A DNA stretch of 64,000 bases from Candidatus Latescibacterota bacterium (GTDB lineage: Bacteria; Latescibacterota; UBA2968; UBA8231): positions 1,920,001-1,984,000 of the forward strand of contig CBDAOB010000005.1 of the NCBI GenBank assembly GCA_965197905.1, given 5' to 3'. Position numbers and translations under genes: made by a program. Below the pieces are notes generated by a model. That model ran no database searches. It worked only from the letters and a program-made list of their open reading frames with translations, and was not told the origin of the DNA. Each line of letters begins with the position of its first letter. Position 1 is the stretch's first letter. This document shows, one piece after another, positions 58,232 to 64,000 of this stretch.

Positions 58232-60169
58232 TTATTTTTCGTCCTTCTTCTTGTCGTCGACGACCTCGAAGTCGGCATCGACCGCCCCGTCGTCCTGCGG
58301 GGGTGGAGCTGCGTCGTCGGGGTTGGGGGGCGCCCCTTGATCGCCGCCCGGGGGGGGCTGTTGCGCCTGGGCTTCCTGGTAGAGGATCTCGGCGAGTTTG
58401 TGCGACGCCTCGGTGAGACGCTCCACGACCGCCGTCAAGCCGTCGTCGTCGTTTTCTTCCAACGCTTTCTTCACCGCCGCAATGGCCTCCTCCACCGCGG
58501 TGCGCTCCGCCGCTTCGAGCTTGTCCCCGTGCTCGGTCAGCGATTTCTCGGTGGCGTAGACCAGTTGATCAGCTTCGTTGCGTTTGTCCACCTGCGCCCG
58601 CCGTTGCTGGTCGTCCTCGGCATGGCTCTCGGCTTCCTCCTGCATCCGCGACACCTCCTCCTCCGACAGGCCGGTGGAGGCTTCGATGCGGATGCTCTGC
58701 TCCTTGTTGGTGCCTTTGTCCTTGGCCCCCACGTGCAGAATGCCGTTGGCGTCGATGTCGAAGGTCACCTCCACCTGCGGCATGCCCCGCGGCGCCGGCG
58801 GAATCCCGTCCAGGTGAAAACGCCCCAGGGTGCGGTTGTCGTTGGCAAACTCGCGCTCCCCCTGCAAAACGTGCACCTCCACCGACGGCTGGTTGTCCGC
58901 CGCGGTCGAGAAAATCTGGCTCTTCTTCGTCGGAATCGTGGTGTTGCGCTCGATCAGCTTGGTCATCACCCCACCCAAGGTCTCGATCCCCAACGACAAC
59001 GGCGTCACATCCAGCAACAGCACGTCCTCCACGTCCCCCGCCAAAACCCCCGCCTGGATCGCCGCCCCCAACGCCACCACCTCGTCCGGATTCACCCCCT
59101 TGTGCGGCTCGCGCCCAAACAGTCCCTGCACCCGTTCCTGCACCTTGGGAATACGCGTCGAACCGCCCACCAGAATCACCTCGTCGATCTCAGACGCCGC
59201 CAAACCCGCGTCCTTGAGCGCCTGCTGGCACGGACCCTCGGTGCGCGCGATCAAAGGGTCCACCAGACGCTCGAACTGCGCCCGACTCAGGCTCTTCTGC
59301 ACATGCTTGGGACCGCTCTGGTCGGCGGTGATAAACGGCAGGTTGATCTCGGTCTGATTGGCCGAGGAAAGCTCGCACTTGGCTTTCTCCGCCGCCTCCT
59401 TCAAACGCTGCAACGCCATCGGGTCCTGGCGCAGGTCGATGCCTTGCTCTTGTTGAAACTCGTCCGCCAGAAAATCGATCAGCGCCTGATCGAAATCGTC
59501 GCCCCCCAAGTGGGTGTCGCCGTTGGTCGACTTGACCTCGAACACTCCGTCCCCCAACTCCAGAATCGACACATCGAAGGTCCCCCCACCCAGATCATAC
59601 ACCGCGATCTTCTCACTCTTACCCGGTTTGTCCAGCCCATACGCCAACGCCGCCGCCGTCGGCTCGTTGACGATGCGCAACACCTCCAACCCGGCAATCG
59701 CACCGGCATCCTTGGTCGCCTGCCGCTGCGCGTCGTTGAAATACGCCGGCACCGTGATCACCGCCTGCTGCACCTCCTCGCCCAGATAATCCTCCGCCGT
59801 CTGACGCATCTTCTGCAGCACCATCGCCGACAGCTCCGGAGGGCTATACGACTTTGCCCCCGCCTCCACCACCGCCATATCACGAGCCCCTTTCACCACC
59901 GCATACGGCACCTCGGTGATCTCCGTGCCCACCTCTTGGTGACGCCGACCCATGAAACGTTTGATCGAAAACACTGTGTTTTGCGGGTTGGTTACCGCCT
60001 GGCGTTTGGCCGTCTGACCCACCAAACGCTCCCCATCCGTAGAAAAGGCCACCATCGAGGGCGTCGTACGACCCCCCTCCGCATTGGCGATCACCTCCGG
60101 CTCCTTGCCTTCGATTACCGCCACACACGAATTCGTCGTGCCCAAATCGATACCGATTACCTTAGCCAT
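58232..60169 (-). CDS. dnaK: chaperone DnaK
   Basis: [36 protein letters not shown]. Confidence 0.99.
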   Translation of the reverse strand: MAKVIGIDLGTTNSCVAVIEGKEPEVIANAEGGRTTPSMVAFSTDGERLVGQTAKRQAVTNPQNTVFSIKRFMGRRHQEVGTEITEVPYAVVKGARDMAVVEAGAKSYSPPELSAMVLQKMRQTAEDYLGEEVQQAVITVPAYFNDAQRQATKDAGAIAGLEVLRIVNEPTAAALAYGLDKPGKSEKIAVYDLGGGTFDVSILELGDGVFEVKSTNGDTHLGGDDFDQALIDFLADEFQQEQGIDLRQDPMALQRLKEAAEKAKCELSSANQTEINLPFITADQSGPKHVQKSLSRAQFERLVDPLIARTEGPCQQALKDAGLAASEIDEVILVGGSTRIPKVQERVQGLFGREPHKGVNPDEVVALGAAIQAGVLAGDVEDVLLLDVTPLSLGIETLGGVMTKLIERNTTIPTKKSQIFSTAADNQPSVEVHVLQGEREFANDNRTLGRFHLDGIPPAPRGMPQVEVTFDIDANGILHVGAKDKGTNKEQSIRIEASTGLSEEEVSRMQEEAESHAEDDQQRRAQVDKRNEADQLVYATEKSLTEHGDKLEAAERTAVEEAIAAVKKALEENDDDGLTAVVERLTEASHKLAEILYQEAQAQQPPPGGDQGAPPNPDDAAPPPQDDGAVDADFEVVDDKKKDEK

Positions 60170-60788
60170 TAACCCCTCCAGCTTTGCTTACCACAACCCG
60201 AGCCGGCCGCACAACCTTGCCGCCAAACAGATACCCGCGGTCCAGTTCCTCCACCACCGTGCCGGGATCGTGTTCCTCCGATTCCACTTCCATCATCGCC
60301 TCGTGTACGTTTGGATCGAACGGCTTGCCCACGGCATCTATCACCTCGAGACCGTACCCTTTGAGACCTTCCTCGATCTGTCCACAAATCAGCTCAATGC
60401 CTTCCTTGAGAACGACTGCATCGTCGGTTTTCTGACCGACTGCTCGCCGCAGATTGTCGAAGATCGGCGCCAATCCCAAAAGCAGGTCCCGCAAGGTTTC
60501 CTCCCGCACCTCGACCCGAATCTTCGCTGTTCTCTTGCGATAGTTGTCGAGTTCAGCTTTGGCACGCAAAAACTTGTCGTAGTTGTCCGCCGCTTCAGCC
60601 TTGGCATTTTCCAATGCCCGGGCCGCAGCTTCTTCGGGCCCCAGTTCTTCGGGCTCGTCTTGCCCGCCTTCGACCGCTTCCGAAGAAGCGCTCGCACCGT
60701 GTTTTACCTCGGCGTCGAGCTCTGCTTCCGAGGTCTCCCGTTGAGCTTCATCTTCCTCTGTTACCGGCTCTCTGTCTACTTCGCTCAT
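60162..60788 (-). CDS. grpE: nucleotide exchange factor GrpE (alternative start 60800)
   Basis: [23 protein letters not shown]...[11 protein letters not shown]. Confidence 0.96.
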   Translation of the reverse strand: MSEVDREPVTEEDEAQRETSEAELDAEVKHGASASSEAVEGGQDEPEELGPEEAAARALENAKAEAADNYDKFLRAKAELDNYRKRTAKIRVEVREETLRDLLLGLAPIFDNLRRAVGQKTDDAVVLKEGIELICGQIEEGLKGYGLEVIDAVGKPFDPNVHEAMMEVESEEHDPGTVVEELDRGYLFGGKVVRPARVVVSKAGGVNG

Positions 60789-60822
60789 GCCTTCGATCAA
60801 ATCTCCTTGCTGGCAGGATATC

Positions 60823-61848
60823 CTAGTTTACCATGCCGGCGGCGCGCCAGGCGGCATAGCTGACCAGAGTCACAACCTCCTCGTAGGGCATTCTAGTGGG
60901 ACCGATGACGCCGATTATACCCATGGCCCCGTTTACGCGATAGCTCGAGGTCACCACGCTGCAACCGCGCATCGCTTCCGGCGCGTTTTCATCTCCTATG
61001 GTCACGACGACGCCCTGTCGATCCATCAAAAAGCGAGCCAGGTATTCCTTCTCCTCTACCAGATCCATCAAATCTGCCACGGTGGATGGATCGTGAAATT
61101 CAGGTTTGAGACAGATGTTGCGAGTGCCTGCGACGTAGAGATCGCTGCCGCTGGGACCGGTTAGTCGTTTGATCTGCTCAGCCACCAGCCGAATCAATTG
61201 AGGGCTTCCAGATTCGATGGAAAGCAGGCGGTCTTCTACCGAGCTCCGGATCTCCGCCATCGTCAATCCGCCGAGACGCTCGTTGAGCAGACGGTTGGTC
61301 GTCTCCAGCTGCTCCCTGGAAATCCTAGCACCGATCTCGATGGTCATGCTGCGCACCAAGCCCTGTTCGATCGAAATCACCAGAAGGATGCGGTCGGCAG
61401 CCAATTGCACCAGTTCCAGGCGTTCGAACACCCCTTGCTCGAACCGCGGCGCCATCACCAATCCCAGCTGCTCTGAAATGTCCCCGATCGCTCGAGCCAA
61501 TTGGCCCACGATTTCGTCGAGGTTCTGTTCCCGAAGCTCGACTTCGAGCCGTTCCTTCAGCTTGTCGCCTACGTGGGAATCCCACATGCCCGTAGCCATG
61601 GCGTTCTCCACGAAAAAACGATAACCGCTGTCGGTGGGCACGCGACCGGCCGAAGTATGGGGTTGTCGTACGTATCCCCGCTCCTCCAGGCTCGCAAGGG
61701 TATTCCGGATAGTTGCCGAGCTGATGCCCAGATCCTCTCGTCGCGAGAGCATTCTAGAGCCGATAGGATCGCCGATCGAGACATAGGTCTCCACAACGGC
61801 CCGCAGAACCAGGCGTTCGCGATCAGATAACGCGGTGTTCTCCACCAT
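60823..61848 (-). CDS. hrcA: heat-inducible transcription repressor HrcA
   Basis: PIGSR, SSATIRN, QPHTSAGRVPTDSGYR, GVIGPTRMPY. Confidence 0.97.
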   Translation of the reverse strand: MVENTALSDRERLVLRAVVETYVSIGDPIGSRMLSRREDLGISSATIRNTLASLEERGYVRQPHTSAGRVPTDSGYRFFVENAMATGMWDSHVGDKLKERLEVELREQNLDEIVGQLARAIGDISEQLGLVMAPRFEQGVFERLELVQLAADRILLVISIEQGLVRSMTIEIGARISREQLETTNRLLNERLGGLTMAEIRSSVEDRLLSIESGSPQLIRLVAEQIKRLTGPSGSDLYVAGTRNICLKPEFHDPSTVADLMDLVEEKEYLARFLMDRQGVVVTIGDENAPEAMRGCSVVTSSYRVNGAMGIIGVIGPTRMPYEEVVTLVSYAAWRAAGMVN

Positions 61849-61972
61849 CTGTCAAACTGCCGTTAAGGTTTTGATAGTAAGGGAGTTGCGCAGGATCATT
61901 CTCGGTTTTGCGTAAGCCCTAGAATAAACAGGATCCCTCCGAGGATTGTCAAGTCGCCGCTTTAGCGCAGCG

Positions 61973-62935
61973 CTAATCCATTTCGCCTCCGATCCCTGCC
62001 CCGACGAGGACGAGATTCTCGATTATGCTAAATGGGTCGAATGCAGGTATGTCGCCCCCCACCATCAGCACCGCGCCCAACGCGGGGGGCAGCAGTGGGT
62101 TACGCCGGTGGAGAGTGGCGCCGGTCGGACCGACGGGAGCGGCCAGACTGGGCCACAAGAGATCGATTTCGCGGAAGACTCCCCCAACACAGGTCAGTGG
62201 AACAGAACCGCTCATTCCCAGCGAGCGAATCACGGCGGCAACCTGGTTGCCGAGGGCAGCTCCGGCCTTTTCTACTATGTCCACCGCAACCGGGTCGCCT
62301 TCCTTGGCTGCGGCAAAAACGACGGGGCACAAGGCCGCAATCTCCTGCCGCGAAATCGCCCCCGTTTGAACGGCGGGTATGAGTTGCTCCCAGTCTTTGA
62401 GATTGACCGCGCCGAGTAGGGAGCGGCTCAACACGGTCGCCGGTCCGTTGCCGTCCAGCGTTCCCAACACCGCTCGAAGGGCGCCCAACGCAATATCATA
62501 TCCGCTGCCGTCGTCACCGAGAACCGGTCCCCATCCACCCGCCCTCGCTTCCCTGCCGCTGGCGTCGCGACCCAGGACGATCGAACCCGTGCCGGAAATA
62601 GCGATCAAGCCCGCTCCACCCCCATGAGCCCCCACAAGGGCGACCTGGGCGTCGGTTGCGACGATCGTGCTCTTGAAACCGAACCGTTCTCTAACCATCC
62701 CGAGGATACCTTCGCGTTCAGCCGCCCGTCCGGCTCCGGCTAGGCCCAAGCCCAGATAGTCCGCGGAGACTCCGAGCTTACCGATAATCTCGGCGATCAA
62801 GCTTGCAAGTCGCTCGAGACCGATGATTTGATAGTTGCCGCACCCCGCTCGAGCCGTTGCCCGGAGGTTTCCGTCACCGTCTACCGCAACAGCCCTTGTG
62901 TGGCTTCCACCTCCGTCAACGCCTAGCAGGATCAC
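61973..62935 (-). CDS. BadF/BadG/BcrA/BcrD-type N-acetylglucosamine/MurNAc kinase
   Basis: GVDGGGSHT, GLAGAG, TDAQVAL, ISGTGS, RAGGWG..LGDDGSG; start trimmed to GTG 62935 because the longer ORF overlaps glnA antisense. Confidence 0.88.
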   Translation of the reverse strand: MILLGVDGGGSHTRAVAVDGDGNLRATARAGCGNYQIIGLERLASLIAEIIGKLGVSADYLGLGLAGAGRAAEREGILGMVRERFGFKSTIVATDAQVALVGAHGGGAGLIAISGTGSIVLGRDASGREARAGGWGPVLGDDGSGYDIALGALRAVLGTLDGNGPATVLSRSLLGAVNLKDWEQLIPAVQTGAISRQEIAALCPVVFAAAKEGDPVAVDIVEKAGAALGNQVAAVIRSLGMSGSVPLTCVGGVFREIDLLWPSLAAPVGPTGATLHRRNPLLPPALGAVLMVGGDIPAFDPFSIIENLVLVGAGIGGEMD

Positions 62936-62966
62936 GTGTTGCCTTCCTGGCAAACCCTCCGAATTC

Positions 62967-62996
62967 TTGACATGATAGTCTAGGTGATTATATACT
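62967..62996 (+). promoter_or_regulatory. sigma70 promoter of glnA
   Basis: TTGACA-N18-TATACT. Confidence 0.7.
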
Positions 62997-63079
62997 GACC
63001 CGTTGTTTTGCAAAGATAGCGACCAGACTCCATTCCGAATAATCGGTCCCTCTACATTTCTCCACGAAAGGAGTTCCAG

Positions 63080-64000
63080 ATGGCGAAATCCAAAGCCAAG
63101 GCAAAGTCGACCTCCTCCAGGGCAACGCCGCAGACGGTGCTGGCGATGGCGCGGCAGCAAGGCGCCCAGATGGTCGATTTTAAGTTTGTCGACTTTCCGG
63201 GAACGTGGCAACATTTCTCGATTCCCGCGAGCGAGCTGGAAGCGGACATGTTTAGCGACGGACTCGGATTCGACGGTTCCTCGATCCGCGGATGGAAATC
63301 GATTCACGAGAGTGACATGCTGGTAATGCCGGATCCGGCGACGGCGTTCATGGACCCGTTCACGGAGATGCCTACCCTCTCGCTGATCTGCGATATCGTC
63401 GATCCTATCACCCGCGAGGATTATGGCCGCGACCCACGTGCGGTAGCGCGGCGCGCGGAGACCTACATCAAATCCACCGGCGTAGCGGATACGGCTTTTT
63501 GCGGACCGGAAGCGGAATTCTTCGTCTTCGACGACGTGCGTTTCGACCAAAATTCACATGAAGGTTATTACCACGTCAACTCGGTCGAGGGCCGCTGGAA
63601 CAGCGGCGCTGAAGAAAACCCGAACCTCGGCTACAAACCGGATTACAAAGGGGGGTACTTCCCGGTTGCGCCCCACGATACCTTGCAAGACATGCGGTCC
63701 GAGATGGTCATGACGATGATGCAAGCCGGCGTCGAGGTCGAGGTGCACCACCACGAGGTGGGCACCGCCGGTCAGTGCGAGATCGACATTCGGTTCTGCC
63801 CGCTGGTCGTCTGTGGCGATCGCATGATGTTATATAAATATATCGTGAAGAACGTGGCCCGACGGCACAACAAAACGGCGACGTTCATGCCCAAACCGCT
63901 GTTCGAAGACAACGGCACCGGCATGCACACCCACCAGAGCTTGTGGAAGGGAGGGAAGCCGCTTTTCGCCGGATCGGGCTACGCCGGCTTGAGCGATATG
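63080..64000 (+). CDS. glnA: type I glutamine synthetase (partial, runs off the window; absent from the ORF track)
   Basis: Manual translation: [73 protein letters not shown]. Confidence 0.97.
   Translation, partial: MAKSKAKAKSTSSRATPQTVLAMARQQGAQMVDFKFVDFPGTWQHFSIPASELEADMFSDGLGFDGSSIRGWKSIHESDMLVMPDPATAFMDPFTEMPTLSLICDIVDPITREDYGRDPRAVARRAETYIKSTGVADTAFCGPEAEFFVFDDVRFDQNSHEGYYHVNSVEGRWNSGAEENPNLGYKPDYKGGYFPVAPHDTLQDMRSEMVMTMMQAGVEVEVHHHEVGTAGQCEIDIRFCPLVVCGDRMMLYKYIVKNVARRHNKTATFMPKPLFEDNGTGMHTHQSLWKGGKPLFAGSGYAGLSDM

Noticed and set aside
58337..60172. 611-aa ORF antisense to dnaK
   Set aside because: Long antisense frames opposite dnaK are a known by-product of codon bias; no recognisable protein motifs.
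62997..63079. Glutamine riboswitch in the glnA leader
   Set aside because: Could not match the expected conserved core by eye; needs an Rfam scan.
62936..63550. N-terminal 200 aa of the 525-aa ORF 61973..63550
   Set aside because: It is the antisense shadow of glnA and its promoter; the kinase motif begins at about 62935.
1..64000. Genome-wide TGA reassignment or selenocysteine as the explanation for the in-frame TGAs
   Set aside because: Many conserved genes end at TGA at their expected length, often in ATGA overlaps; the TGA positions are not redox sites and I saw no clear SECIS.

Overview
GC-rich bacterial chromosomal window, almost all housekeeping genes and mostly on the minus strand; an uncultured lineage is my guess and the taxonomy is not provable from this window. 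In order: a Wzc-type chain-length/tyrosine-kinase gene running off the left edge, kptA, purE, and a reduced dcw cluster (mraZ-rsmH-ftsL-ftsI-murE-murF-ftsW-murC-ftsQ-ftsA-ftsZ; no mraY, murD, murG, murB or ddl). Next are trmB, a Cys-rich MerR-iscA-iscS-rhodanese/MoeB sulfur operon, cysK, and a YyaL-PqqD-nucleotidyltransferase-Wza unit, followed by an orphan DNA methyltransferase, an atypical ssb, tRNA-Ala(TGC) and a three-gene split/fused glutamate-synthase-like module. Then come UbiA, a degenerate GGDEF protein, rplM-rpsI-rpsB-tsf-frr (no pyrH), dedA, ispDF, queA and two divergent flagellin paralogues with sigma28 promoters. The rest is glycosyltransferases, a fused ECF ATPase plus pyrC, an extended hrcA-grpE-dnaK-dnaJ-mrp-nuoB-prmA-rsmE run ending in an RNase HII-YraN fusion, a BadF-type sugar kinase and the 5' part of glnA. 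Most notable: (1) both polysaccharide-export genes (wzc and wza, about 20 kb apart) carry a single in-frame TGA; (2) the unusual GlxB / GlxC-GlxD / GltD-FMN-barrel module; (3) a PqqD plus nucleotidyltransferase pair coupled to Wza; (4) a Cys-rich MerR standing where IscR normally sits. No CRISPR array, rRNA, transposase or integrase was seen. All product calls come from recognising motifs by eye; no searches were run.
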